64,000 bases of DNA from Spirochaetia bacterium. Its GTDB lineage: Bacteria; Spirochaetota; Spirochaetia; SZUA-6; Bin103. How positions within the stretch are numbered: the first letter of the stretch is position 1; each line of letters opens with the position of its first letter. The notes beneath the pieces are model-generated. The model ran no database searches, was not told where the DNA came from, and saw only the letters and a list, made by a program, of their open reading frames with translations. The stretch spans positions 448,001-512,000 of the forward strand of contig CBDBOV010000002.1 in the NCBI GenBank assembly GCA_965208575.1. The letters are read 5' to 3'. Below are positions 1 through 9,800 of this stretch, in pieces. The translations under genes and the position numbers were made by a program.

Positions 1-2
1 TG

Positions 3-227
3 GTATTCGCCGGACCAAGCAACACCGGCAAGTCCTATCTGGCGATGCTGGCGTGCGCGCCGCATCCGTGCTTCGGCCCAAACTTTCCTACGCGGCCCGG
101 GCAACTCCGAGCCCGGCACCTGTCCAGCCTCGGTGACGCTATCGTCGAGCGGATCAGATTCCGCAACAACGGTTACGAGGTCGTTACCGTGCCGTGTGAT
201 TCGCCGCTGAGCGTCGCGCTCGCGTAG
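3..227 (+). pseudogene. P-loop (AAA-type) ATPase fragment entering from the window edge
   Basis: Frame from nt 3 reads VFAGPSNTGKSYLAML (Walker A) and stops about 60 aa later. Confidence 0.45.
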
Positions 228-2684
228 ATGCAGGGGCCGGCAGGTGTCGCGGCGCAGGTGAACGGGGCCGGGAGGCGGGTGGCGTTGGCGGCGGTGCCGG
301 TGGCGGCGGCGCTGCTGGTGCTGTTGGCGGCGGTGGGGCGGCCGGCGGAGGTGGCGGTGCCGGCGGGCGGCCCGTCCGACCGGGCCGTGCTGCCGTCGCA
401 GGGCGAGAACGTGGTGGCGGTGGCCGTGGACTTCGGCGGCGCCGCCGGCGATGGGTTGGAGGCAGCCAACCTGGCGGTGCTGGCGGAGGTGGACGCATTC
501 CTTCGCGACACCGAGGGGCTGCGCGGATACTCCTCGCCGTTGCGCGCCACGGTGGTGCGCGCGACCGAATTCGACATCGTGGTGCGTCCGTTCGTGCCCG
601 CGGCGCTGCTGGACAACTACGACGAACGGGTGGCGGCGGAGTTGCGCGGCGCGTACGAACAGTTCCCGGAGATCCATCCCTACTGGAGCGCCGATTTCGG
701 GACCGCCGCGTTCTACCTGGAGCTGGGTTCGCGGTTGGTGCGGTCGCCGGCGGTGCTGGTCGAGGGCCTCGACGGGCTGCAGCGCAGGCTCGCGGAGCGG
801 CATGGGGCCGCACTGCACTACACCGGGGTGCGGCCGGTGGCGGAGCTGACCGGGCGGCTGATGGTGCGCGACCTGCGCGCGCTGCTGCCACTGGTGGGCG
901 CGGCCACGGTGCTGATTCTGCTGCTCACCTTCGGCGGCGCGCGCGGCGTGCTGGTGGCGTTGGCGGCGACGGCGAGCGCGGCGGCGGCCGGCGGCGCCCT
1001 GTTCGTGCTGCTGGCCGGCGCCGGCACTCCGCTGTTGATCCTGGCGCCGGTGTTCGCCGGCGGGTTGTTCACCGACTACGCGATTCACATGGGCTGTCAC
1101 GCCGGCTGGCGCGGCGACGGGTCGGGGCGCGCGGCGCGCGGCTACCTGCGCCTGCCGCTGGCGCTGACCGCGGCTACCACGGTGATCGGGTTCCTGGCCC
1201 TGGGCGGCTTGGGCAGCACCGTGCACCGGTTCGTGGCGGTCACGGTGAGCGCCGGCGCGCTGGCGGCGCTGGCGCTGGCGCTGTGGTGGATACCGGTCGC
1301 GGGGCGCCTGCGCGTGTCCCGCCGGCGCAACGCCGCCGGCTTGCTGGGTCGGCGCATCCACCGCCTGCTGGTGGGCGCGCTGCTGGCACTGTCGCGCCAT
1401 CGCGTGCCGGCGACGGTGCTGTTGGCGCTGCCGGTGGTGGTGGCCGCGCCGCAGATCGGCCGGCTGGCGCCGGAGCCGTATCCCCTGCACCAGCTCCCGG
1501 CGGCGTCCACCATCGTGCAGGCGGAGGGCATCTTCAACCGCGAGTTCGCCGGCACGGTGCCGTTCGCGGTGACGATCGACGCCGGGACGGCGGATGCCTT
1601 CCTGCGCCCGGAGGCAATGCAGCACCTGCGCACCGCGCACCGGATCCTGGGCGAGCTGCCGGCGGTGGGGCACCGGCACTCGCTGCTGACGGTGGTGGAG
1701 CGCATCCACCGCTACTTCGCCGCCGGCGACGCGGCCGCGCGGGAGCTGCCGGCGAGCGATGACCCGGAGCGGTTCGCGCGCATCGTGTCGCAGTACCTGC
1801 TGTTCTACAGCGCGTCGGCGACCCCGGCGGACTACGCGGCGCTGGCCGACGGCAGCCTGTCGGCGGTGCGGGTGCACGGCATCCTGCGCTACCGCGACTT
1901 CGCCACCCTGGGCGAGCTGCAGCGGGCGGTTGAGGCGATCCGGGAGGAGCTGCCGCGGCAGTGGCGCATCGCCATCGCCGGACCGGCGCGCGAGCTGATC
2001 GCGCACGGCGAACGGCTGCGGCGCAACTGGCTGAGCTCCCTGGCGGCGAGCGCCGTGCTGATCTTCGTGACCGTGCTGGCGGTATTCCGCAACCTGCGCG
2101 AGGCGCTGCTCAGCCTGGTCCCGGCGGCGGCGGTGCTGGTCGCGGTCACCGGCCTGGCTCCCGGCTTCGGGGTGCGCATCGACGACTACACGGTGATCGC
2201 CCTGGCCATCACCCTGGGGCTGACGGTGGACTACACCATCCACATGCTGAATGCCCTGCACCACACCGCCGCGCCGTCCGGGAGTCCGGCCCGCGCCGTC
2301 GGCGCGGCGGTCGCCGGCGGGCGTGCCTCGGCCGCTACCGCGGGACTCGCGGCCGCCCCGCAGGCTGCCACCGGACGCGCTGCCACCGGACGCGCTGCCG
2401 CCCGACAACCTGCCGCCGGGCAACCTGCCGCCGGGCAACCTGCCCCCGGGCCGGCGCACGCTAGGGTCGCCGCGGTGGGCCGGGCCGCGGCTGTCGTGCG
2501 CGGCTGCGGCGTGCCGATGTTCATGAGCTTCCTCACCTCGGTGGTGGCGTTCCTGTCCCTGGCGGTGTCTTCGTTTTCCGGCGCGGTACACTTCGGTATA
2601 ATGATCGCCGCAGCCATCCTGGGAGCTCTGCTGTTGAGTTTGCTGATTGCCGGATGGCAACTCGCCCGCATGGAGGTTGCATGA
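228..2684 (+). CDS. MMPL/RND-family membrane transporter
   Basis: 818 aa with two TM bundles separated by soluble loops; motifs GLFTDYAIH and GLTVDYTIH (MMPL GxxxDYxIH). Confidence 0.85.
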   Translation: MQGPAGVAAQVNGAGRRVALAAVPVAAALLVLLAAVGRPAEVAVPAGGPSDRAVLPSQGENVVAVAVDFGGAAGDGLEAANLAVLAEVDAFLRDTEGLRGYSSPLRATVVRATEFDIVVRPFVPAALLDNYDERVAAELRGAYEQFPEIHPYWSADFGTAAFYLELGSRLVRSPAVLVEGLDGLQRRLAERHGAALHYTGVRPVAELTGRLMVRDLRALLPLVGAATVLILLLTFGGARGVLVALAATASAAAAGGALFVLLAGAGTPLLILAPVFAGGLFTDYAIHMGCHAGWRGDGSGRAARGYLRLPLALTAATTVIGFLALGGLGSTVHRFVAVTVSAGALAALALALWWIPVAGRLRVSRRRNAAGLLGRRIHRLLVGALLALSRHRVPATVLLALPVVVAAPQIGRLAPEPYPLHQLPAASTIVQAEGIFNREFAGTVPFAVTIDAGTADAFLRPEAMQHLRTAHRILGELPAVGHRHSLLTVVERIHRYFAAGDAAARELPASDDPERFARIVSQYLLFYSASATPADYAALADGSLSAVRVHGILRYRDFATLGELQRAVEAIREELPRQWRIAIAGPARELIAHGERLRRNWLSSLAASAVLIFVTVLAVFRNLREALLSLVPAAAVLVAVTGLAPGFGVRIDDYTVIALAITLGLTVDYTIHMLNALHHTAAPSGSPARAVGAAVAGGRASAATAGLAAAPQAATGRAATGRAAARQPAAGQPAAGQPAPGPAHARVAAVGRAAAVVRGCGVPMFMSFLTSVVAFLSLAVSSFSGAVHFGIMIAAAILGALLLSLLIAGWQLARMEVA
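2361..2450 (+). repeat. Degenerate 15-bp coding tandem repeat (about 6 units, AATGR/QPAAG)
   Basis: gctgccaccggacgc x2 and caacctgccgccggg-like x3 inside the MMPL C-terminal loop. Confidence 0.75.
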
Positions 2685-3451
2685 TCCTCGTTACCGCGGC
2701 GCTGCTGGCCGCATTGGCGGCGGCGTCCCCGCTGGCGGCCCAGGACGCAGCCGAGGTCACCGCCCGCGCCGACGAACGCGGCGCGCCCGACAACATCAGC
2801 GCCACCATCAGCCTGACCATCACCGCCCCCAGCGGCGACCAGCGCGTGATCCGCGCCGACTCCTACCAGAAGCAGCGCAGCGCGGAGCGCGAGGACCGGC
2901 TGTTCGTGTTCACCTTCCCGCCCAACGTGCGCGGCATGGCGATGCTGGTGCACTCCTATATGGAGCAGGGCGACGACAGCATGTGGATCTACCTGCCCGA
3001 CATGGACCGCGTCAAGCGCGTCGATCTCGGCTCATCTGGGGGCGGCTACTTTCTGGGCAGCGATTTCACCTTCCGCGACCTGGTGAGCCGCGACCAGGCC
3101 GAGTACGAGCACGAGCTGTTGCTGTCCGACGATGACGCCTACCACGTCGTGCAGGTGCGCGGGCGTACCCCGGAGTTGCGCCGCTCGTTCGGTTATGCGC
3201 GCGAGGAGCACTTCATCCGCAAGGACAACTTCATGCGCGAGCGGATCGTGTTCTACGACCTGGCCGGCGACCTGCTGAAGGAGCTGATCGTTGACCAGGA
3301 GCACGAGGCGGACGGCTGGGCGTTCCCGTCGCGGGTGCGGATGCTGAACCACCAGACCGGGCACGTGTCGGAGATCGTGTTCGAGGATCTGTCGTTCTCC
3401 AGCCAGATCCCGGACCGCTACTTTACCCAGCGCTACCTGAGGCGGAGGTAA
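2681..3451 (+). CDS. Outer-membrane lipoprotein-sorting protein (LolA-like fold)
   Basis: ATGA overlap with MMPL; signal peptide; motifs FTFPPNVRG, WIYLP..RVKR, FLGSDFTFRDL, FTQRYL. Confidence 0.85.
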   Translation: MILVTAALLAALAAASPLAAQDAAEVTARADERGAPDNISATISLTITAPSGDQRVIRADSYQKQRSAEREDRLFVFTFPPNVRGMAMLVHSYMEQGDDSMWIYLPDMDRVKRVDLGSSGGGYFLGSDFTFRDLVSRDQAEYEHELLLSDDDAYHVVQVRGRTPELRRSFGYAREEHFIRKDNFMRERIVFYDLAGDLLKELIVDQEHEADGWAFPSRVRMLNHQTGHVSEIVFEDLSFSSQIPDRYFTQRYLRRR

Positions 3452-3457
3452 GCGGCG

Positions 3458-4843
3458 GTGAGGCTGGTCGATGCGCGCCTTGCGGCCATGCTTGCCCTGG
3501 TGGCGGCGGCGCTCCCGGTCGCGGTGGCCCAGGAGGTGGGGGTGGGCGGGTTCGTGCGGCTCGACCACTACGGCGGCATCGCGGAGGAGCGGTTCTACAG
3601 CAACGACCGGGTGCGGCTGACCGCCGTGAGCCAGTTCCAGGCGGAGGACGAGGCGGGCTTCTGGTCGGCGTTCCTGGAGCTGGTCGCCCACGTGCAGTAC
3701 GACGAGGCGGGATTCTCGGTAGCCCCCGGCGCGCTGACTGCACGCGACATCGACAACCTGATCCGGCAGGCGTACGGCACGTTCCGGTTCGACGCCTTCG
3801 ACGTCGAGGTGGGCAAGAAGTTCGTGCGCTGGGGCAAGACGGACTTCCTGAGCCCGCTGGACGTGGTCAACCACTTCAACACCGAGGTGCCGGCGCTGGT
3901 CGACGTGTTCGAAGGCCCGCTCGCCGACCCGCTGCTGCACCTCACCGTCTACCCCACCGACGAACTGGCACTCGAGCTGGTGTACGTGCCGTTCCTGGCG
4001 CCCTACGTGATCGCCGTCGACGAGTTGGACTTCGACTTCCAGGTCGGCCTGCTGGACGTCGACATGGAGTTCCGCCACCCGGAGGTGAAGCCGTTCTCGG
4101 AGCTCGCCCACTCGGTGCACGGCGCGATCTCCTACTCTACCTTCGTGGCCGATCTACAACTGAGCTACTCCTGGTTCCGCGACCAGATTCCCGACATCGA
4201 CCTGAGTGATCTGGAAGAGCGCAGCGGCGACCTGTACGAAATCGACGGTATGATCGTGCCCGCCTACGGGCGCGCCCACAACATCGGGCTCGGCGCCAGC
4301 GTGGGGCTCGACGGCTGGGTGATCTCGGCGGACGTCGGCGCCAAGTTCCTTCAGGACAACCTGGACGGCTCGCACATCGGGGTCAAGAACCCGGAGATCC
4401 GCACCGTGCTGCAGGTGGACCACCCGTTCGCGATCGGCGAGCAGCAACTGTTCGCCACCGCCGGAGCGATCCACCGGCTGGTGCTGTTCGACGAGGATGC
4501 CTGGAACTCCGAGTTCAGCCCGTTCCTGGAGTCGATCATCGGCAGGTTGCACGACCGCGAACTGTTCCAGGACGAGCCGTCGCACTGGTACCTGATCGCC
4601 CGCCTGCAGACCAGCTTCCTGCGCGAGCAGCTCAGCGTGGAGACCACGGGGGCGTGGGGCGTCAGCGAGGTCGCCCTGCACCTGGCGCCGCGGGCAAGCT
4701 ACGCGATATCGGATACGTGGTCGGTGGCCGCCGGCGCCAACCTGTGGTTCACGCTCGACGGCCCCGACAGCACCAAGGTGGGCCTGCTGCGCCGGGACGA
4801 CGCCAAGGACAACGTGTTCATCCAGACCACGCTCCGCTACTGA
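3458..4843 (+). CDS. Putative outer-membrane beta-barrel protein (DUF1302-like)
   Basis: Signal peptide; GKKFVRWGKTD..SPLDVVN motif; aromatic C-terminal residue; third gene of the MMPL-LolA-like operon. Confidence 0.7.
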   Translation: MRLVDARLAAMLALVAAALPVAVAQEVGVGGFVRLDHYGGIAEERFYSNDRVRLTAVSQFQAEDEAGFWSAFLELVAHVQYDEAGFSVAPGALTARDIDNLIRQAYGTFRFDAFDVEVGKKFVRWGKTDFLSPLDVVNHFNTEVPALVDVFEGPLADPLLHLTVYPTDELALELVYVPFLAPYVIAVDELDFDFQVGLLDVDMEFRHPEVKPFSELAHSVHGAISYSTFVADLQLSYSWFRDQIPDIDLSDLEERSGDLYEIDGMIVPAYGRAHNIGLGASVGLDGWVISADVGAKFLQDNLDGSHIGVKNPEIRTVLQVDHPFAIGEQQLFATAGAIHRLVLFDEDAWNSEFSPFLESIIGRLHDRELFQDEPSHWYLIARLQTSFLREQLSVETTGAWGVSEVALHLAPRASYAISDTWSVAAGANLWFTLDGPDSTKVGLLRRDDAKDNVFIQTTLRY

Positions 4844-4865
4844 CCCTCCCCGGCGTGCTGAGTCC

Positions 4866-5411
4866 TTAGTTGCTCGCCATCCCCTTGGTGAGCGTGAGGC
4901 TGGGCATATCCGGCTTGGCGACGCCCAGGACCGCAAGAAGGGCGTGGGTTATCGTTAGGGAGTTGCCGTCGAGTGCGTACCCGATGGTCTGCTCCTGATT
5001 GAGTAGGGCGGTCGCCTCAGGGGGAACCGTAGGACCGACGATCTGCGTGAGCGTGACCATCAATTTAGAACTGCTCGCGTCATTGATGCTACCGCTCCCC
5101 GTAGTCTGCGCCGACGTCGGCATCATTGTGGTTGGATCCACAGGGCCGGGTGTCGTTACCACAAGCGAGAACGTGCCCTTATTCACTCCCTCACCGTCCA
5201 CGATAGCCACCGTCACTTGGGCATCTATCTGAATTGTGGGCATGGTTGGTTGCGTCGCTGGGTCTGGATTCGGTACCGTCGCCTTCGTGGTGACGGTCCA
5301 GGTTCCTTCCAGTTTCTTCGCGTAGTCCGTTTTCATCGGGGTTTCGCAGCCCGACAGTAGTACCAGCGTCGCGACCGCCGCGACGCCCATGATTGAAGCG
5401 AATCTTGTCAT
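4866..5411 (-). CDS. Lipoprotein, lipocalin-like hypothetical
   Basis: Lipobox LLSGC; LEGTW motif; GGAGGA RBS upstream of ATG 5411. Confidence 0.65.
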   Translation of the reverse strand: MTRFASIMGVAAVATLVLLSGCETPMKTDYAKKLEGTWTVTTKATVPNPDPATQPTMPTIQIDAQVTVAIVDGEGVNKGTFSLVVTTPGPVDPTTMMPTSAQTTGSGSINDASSSKLMVTLTQIVGPTVPPEATALLNQEQTIGYALDGNSLTITHALLAVLGVAKPDMPSLTLTKGMASN

Positions 5412-5540
5412 TGCGCTTCCTCCTCCCAGTGCCCGTTTGGGCAAGTAATCGAGGACAGGATGTCAGATAACTCTCAACGGTGCAACATCCCGTCCGCAGG
5501 CTCGCCCGGTGGGTTCGCGGGTTCCCGATTAGCCGATCCA

Positions 5541-6230
5541 ATGGCGCGCTCGGACGCGGCCGGCGGGGCGGGGGTGGCGCGACCTCACCGGCAAGCTGGT
5601 GTTCCCGGGCCCGGTAGCGTTGTGCCGCGCCGATGCGCCGGGAGCCTGGCGAGGCGGCCTGCCGGCGACCACCGTGGCCGTGCCGGTGGCGAGCCTCGGG
5701 CCGCCGGCGGGGCAGCCGCCGCCGGTGGACGCGGTGCCGGTGCCGCTGCTGCGGGGCGTGGCGGCGGAGCTGGAGGTGGTGCCGGATGCGGTGTTCGGGC
5801 GCGGTTGCGCGGCGTTCGCGGTCGACGACCGCATCCTGGGCGAAGCGGGCTTCGACGGCGACCTGGTGCGGGTGACCGGCCACTGCGGGGCGACGCTGGT
5901 GGTGCTGAGCGACGATGCGCGCACCATGGAGCGCAGCGTCGGGGGGTTGCCGCTGCCGCTGGACGGCGGCCGGGTGGTGCTGGCCCCGTCCAACGAGGCG
6001 GGCATGCGGGCGGCGCTGGAAGTGGCGTTGCGCAGCGGCGAGCCGGGCAGCGGCAGCGCGGTCGCGGCACCGGCGCACCTGCTGCTCGCCGAGCCGCAGG
6101 CCGCGGCGGAGTGGTGGCCGGCGGTGCGCGCCGGGACGATACGCATGGTGAGCGTGGAGGCCGATGACGGCGCCGCGGACGGTCCAGCTCCTGGCATACC
6201 TGTGGCGGGCCGAAGTGGCGGCCGGCAACA
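5541..6230 (+). pseudogene. Internal duplicate fragment of the amidohydrolase-like gene at 8407-9495
   Basis: Near-identical to 8503-9190; extra G near 5571; both ends missing. Confidence 0.85.
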
Positions 6231-6362
6231 CCTCGGGGCTGTGGAGGTTTGACGATATAGGTACGGGTGCGCGAAGCGGCGGAGATTGCTAAATGGCCGA
6301 AGGAGACTCACGATGAAACGGCATAGATGGGTTTACGCCACACAGAGTGAAGGAGTTACGGC

Positions 6363-6611
6363 ATGAGTGAGAAGAAATCCGTGATACGGAGGCAGGCAGC
6401 GCGGCGAGATGAACGGCCTGCGGAGACAGAATTGAAGAACGCTACATTCGAGTGGGACAGGCACGAGAGGTGTGTCAAGATACGTGCTAGCTTCGTTCCT
6501 GACTTCAATACACCGTCAAAGCACAATTACACCGTGACGATACCATGGCACGAATGCAAGCGGATATTGGGTGCGTTTGCCGATGCCATGGTGAGCACCG
6601 ACGAGGGGTAG
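6363..6611 (+). CDS. Hypothetical protein (82 aa)
   Basis: AAGGAG RBS; lower-GC ORF; no recognised family. Confidence 0.5.
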   Translation: MSEKKSVIRRQAARRDERPAETELKNATFEWDRHERCVKIRASFVPDFNTPSKHNYTVTIPWHECKRILGAFADAMVSTDEG

Positions 6612-6731
6612 CTTGACACGGTAGCACCCCTTTGTTCGGGCCGATAGTTGCGAAGATTGATCCACGAGGCGTAACTCTTGGGTAAAGTACCATTCTCTAA
6701 CCACGCCCGTTCAAGGCCGTCAAGGGATGTT

Positions 6732-6986
6732 TCAGGATCTGGGCGCCTGCGAGGGCAACAGATAACGATCCTGCTCCGCGTCCACGGCAGCTGCGGTCCC
6801 GATCACCTCCGACCGCGCAGCGCGCGGAACAAAGATCCGCACCACGCGGTGCTTAGATACATCTTCGAGTTTCCTGCCGTCGAGATAGAACTCAAACACG
6901 TCGCCCTGCTCCACCATGCGATCTACGTGTACCTCGACTGGGGTGTTCGCGGTTGAACCGCGCCAAATTCTGAAAGGCTGCATCAT
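6732..6986 (-). CDS. Hypothetical protein (84 aa)
   Basis: Protein-like composition in a lower-GC patch; no family recognised. Confidence 0.35.
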   Translation of the reverse strand: MMQPFRIWRGSTANTPVEVHVDRMVEQGDVFEFYLDGRKLEDVSKHRVVRIFVPRAARSEVIGTAAAVDAEQDRYLLPSQAPRS

Positions 6987-7108
6987 GTCTTGGAATCTAT
7001 CGGAGCAGCCATCTTGCAGTCAAACGCTTGCAAGCCCCCGACACGGGGTGCCAAGGGGTTGTGGATAACCGTCTCAATTCCTTTACAAACAAAGGATAAA
7101 CTATCCTA

Positions 7109-7136
7109 TTGACATGGCTTCGCGCGCCACTATAGT
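7109..7136 (+). promoter_or_regulatory. Sigma70-type promoter
   Basis: TTGACA-16 nt-TATAGT upstream of the 7224 ORF. Confidence 0.65.
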
Positions 7137-7223
7137 AGAGCTATTCCTCTTACGTCCTGACGCATCGCAGGCTCCCCTCGCCAATCAAGGGTTTGATATG
7201 CCCAGCGCGCGAGGGGAAATATC

Positions 7224-7514
7224 ATGAACGGGCAGAACACCGACCGATGCGGATGGGACGATTATACCGTAGAAGACATTGAGGAGTTTACGGCACATCA
7301 GCGGGCCGTGCATCATCTCATCGACCATCACAAGGAATTGCTCGACCGGTATCCCGACCAGTGGGTTGGCGTCTGGGTCAGCGAGGACGGCGTACCACTT
7401 TTCGTGAACGGCGATAGCGTCGAAGACATCGTGCGAAAGGCTCATGACCGGGAATTGCCGCTCAAGCGCTCATATATTCGATTTATGGATACGCGACCTC
7501 GGACTGTCCCTTGA
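7224..7514 (+). CDS. DUF5678-like small protein
   Basis: ELLDRYPDQWVGV...GDSVEDIV pattern; lies directly upstream of an aspartyl protease, as is typical for this family. Confidence 0.6.
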   Translation: MNGQNTDRCGWDDYTVEDIEEFTAHQRAVHHLIDHHKELLDRYPDQWVGVWVSEDGVPLFVNGDSVEDIVRKAHDRELPLKRSYIRFMDTRPRTVP

Positions 7515-7630
7515 TCAGCGGACGTTTCGACGACGAAGACCGTCCTGTTGTGGCCGGATCGGTTGGACTGGACTGGTTCGATGTATCAGGACCGGTCACC
7601 TTTCTAGTTGATACCGGCTCCACCGGCGAA
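7511..7630 (+). pseudogene. Truncated retropepsin-like (clan AA) aspartyl protease
   Basis: MISGRFD..RPVV...FLVDTGSTG, after which similarity is lost. Confidence 0.65.
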
Positions 7631-7937
7631 GGGACGTGCTGGCAATCTCCAGGTGAATCGGCCGCAAGTTCGCCGGCTTCACGAGTGGTATACCGTGCTG
7701 GCCAGCTTCGTCGGCAGCAGGATTGACTGAGGCTCTGGGCTGGCTGACTCTTCCATTCAGGAACACGAGCTACTCCCGACCGACAGGATGGCAGCCACAC
7801 GCCCGTTGGCAGGCGAGGGCCAGTGGGCTGGAGTGGGCTGCGCTTGCGTTGTCGCCCTCCCGGTTACGGTGTACCGTAGCTGGTGACTGCTGCGATGGTG
7901 GCGATGGAATCCCAAGGAGGTACTGGCGGACTACAAG

Positions 7938-8171
7938 GTGCCGCTTCTCATGACGCCGCAACCTGAGGGCCGCTACACGGTCACCTCCCCCGTGCTGCCG
8001 GAGTTGATCACCGCGGGCGACTCCATTCGCGATGCGATGGAGTACGTGACCGACGCCCTGGCCGCGGTGGTCGAACTCTACGAAGAACTTGGACGCCCGT
8101 TGCCACAAAGCACGCAGCTATCAGTCACAGGCGACCCGGTGTGGTTTGAGACCGTCATTTCCACCGCGTGA
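7938..8171 (+). CDS. hicB: HicB-family antitoxin
   Basis: EGRYTVTSPVLPELITAGDSIRDA...ELYEELGRPLP. Confidence 0.8.
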   Translation: MPLLMTPQPEGRYTVTSPVLPELITAGDSIRDAMEYVTDALAAVVELYEELGRPLPQSTQLSVTGDPVWFETVISTA

Positions 8172-8397
8172 CCTATCGAGAGGTCGCGCGGAGGCTAACG
8201 CAGCTCGGGTGCCATGAACGCGAGCGACGGGGACGTGGATCCCACCGCAAGTGGTACAACCCGATTCCCAGCGAGCCACGGTGCTTCCCGACCGGGGTAG
8301 CCGCGACCTGAAGCTGGGCACGGTTCGCGCCGCGATCCGACAGTTGGTTGTGATTCGACGCACCGGAGGAAGCCGGCTATCGTGTCGCCGGATGTGA
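8168..8397 (+). pseudogene. hicA: HicA-family toxin, frameshifted
   Basis: MTYREVARRLTQLGC..RGSHRKWYNP, then a 1-nt loss near 8263; the other frame continues ATVLPDRGSRDLKLGTVRAAIRQL. Confidence 0.75.
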
Positions 8398-8406
8398 CAA
8401 GAAGCG

Positions 8407-9495
8407 GTGGGGGATACGCTGTATCAGGGGCTGTTGGTGCATGCCGACGGGCGGTTCGTAGCCGACCTGGAGATGGGCGGTGGCGTGGTGCGGGCGTTGC
8501 GCATGGCGCGCTCGGACGCGGCCGGCGGGGCGGGGTGGCGCGACCTCACCGGCAAGCTGGTGTTCCCGGGCCCGGTCGTGTTGAGCCGCTCCAATGCGCC
8601 GCGCGACTGGCGCGGCGGCCCGCCGGCCACCACCGTCGCCGTGCCGGTGGCGAGCCTCGGGCCGCCGGCGGGGCAGCCGCCGCCGGTGGATGCGGTGCCC
8701 GTTCCGCTGCTGCGGGGCGTGGCGGCAGAGCTGGAGGTGGTGCCGGATGCGGTGTTCGGGCGCGGCTGCGCGGCGTTCGCGGTCGACGACCGCATCCTGG
8801 GCGAAGCGGGCTTCGACGGCGACCTGGTGCGGGTGACCGGCCACTGCGGGGCGACGCTGGTGGTGCTGAGCGACGATGCGCGCACCATGGAGCGCAGCGT
8901 CGGCGGGCTGCCGCTGCCGCTGGACGGCGGCCGGGTGGTGCTGGCCCCGTCCAACGAAGCCGGCATGCGGGCGGCGCTGGAAGTGGCGCTGCGCAGCGGC
9001 GAGCCGGGCAGCGGTATCGCGGTGGCGGCGCCGACGCACCTGCTGCTCGCTGAGCCGAAGGCCGCGGCGGAGTGGTGGCCGGCGGTGCGCGCCGGGACGA
9101 TTCGCATGGTGAGCATCAAGGCCGGTGAGCAAACGGCGCACCGCCAACTCCTGGCATACCTGTGGCGGGCCGGAGTGGCGGCCGGCAACATCGCGCTCGA
9201 GGAGTTGGCGGCGCTGCTGTGCTGGCAGCCGGCGCGGCTGCTGGGCCTGCCGGCGAAGGGCCGCTTGCACCCCGGCTGCGACGCCGACTTGGCGGTGCTC
9301 GACCCGGAGCCGCCGGCACCCGGCAGCGGCGATGAAGGGGAGCGCGGATCAGGGCAGGCCGATGACGGCGGGATGGCGGCGGACGATGCCGAAGCAGTTC
9401 GCGGGGCCGTGGTGTGCATGCTGCGCGGCGGCGACGACGGGGCTGAAAAGGCGGGCCGCTGGATCCGCGCGACCCCGGTACGCGAGCCGCTGTAA
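8407..9495 (+). CDS. Degenerate cyclic amidohydrolase (dihydroorotase/hydantoinase-like) protein
   Basis: DLTGKLVFPG at the N-terminus and PARLLGLPAKGRLHPGCDADLAVLDP at the C-terminus; no HxH metal motif. Confidence 0.65.
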   Translation: MGDTLYQGLLVHADGRFVADLEMGGGVVRALRMARSDAAGGAGWRDLTGKLVFPGPVVLSRSNAPRDWRGGPPATTVAVPVASLGPPAGQPPPVDAVPVPLLRGVAAELEVVPDAVFGRGCAAFAVDDRILGEAGFDGDLVRVTGHCGATLVVLSDDARTMERSVGGLPLPLDGGRVVLAPSNEAGMRAALEVALRSGEPGSGIAVAAPTHLLLAEPKAAAEWWPAVRAGTIRMVSIKAGEQTAHRQLLAYLWRAGVAAGNIALEELAALLCWQPARLLGLPAKGRLHPGCDADLAVLDPEPPAPGSGDEGERGSGQADDGGMAADDAEAVRGAVVCMLRGGDDGAEKAGRWIRATPVREPL

Positions 9496-9800
9496 CGTCG
9501 GCGCCGAGGTGCGGTTCCGGGGTTCCGCGCCGGGTTGCGGCGGCGGAGTCGCGGGTATCGGCGTGGCGGGCCGGTGGCGTTCGCCGTCCGAATTCGGGGG
9601 TTGCGCATGGACGGCGCGGCAGGAGTCAGGCGCTCGTGGGTTCGCGACGCGGCTCGCGCATGCGTCGGTGGGAGGCGAAGAGGAGGCGGGGGCCGCCAAC
9701 GGGGTGAACATGACGCACCGGATCGCGCGGCGCCGGCGCCGGTTGGGGCCGCTGGAAGGCGGTGGAGCCGGGAGCTTCGAGCTCCGGCGCGGGTGTTGCT

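Noticed and set aside
7040-7140. oriC (TGTGGATAA at 7060-7068 in an AT-richer gap)
   Set aside because: Single box, no cluster or unwinding repeats, no dnaA/dnaN nearby
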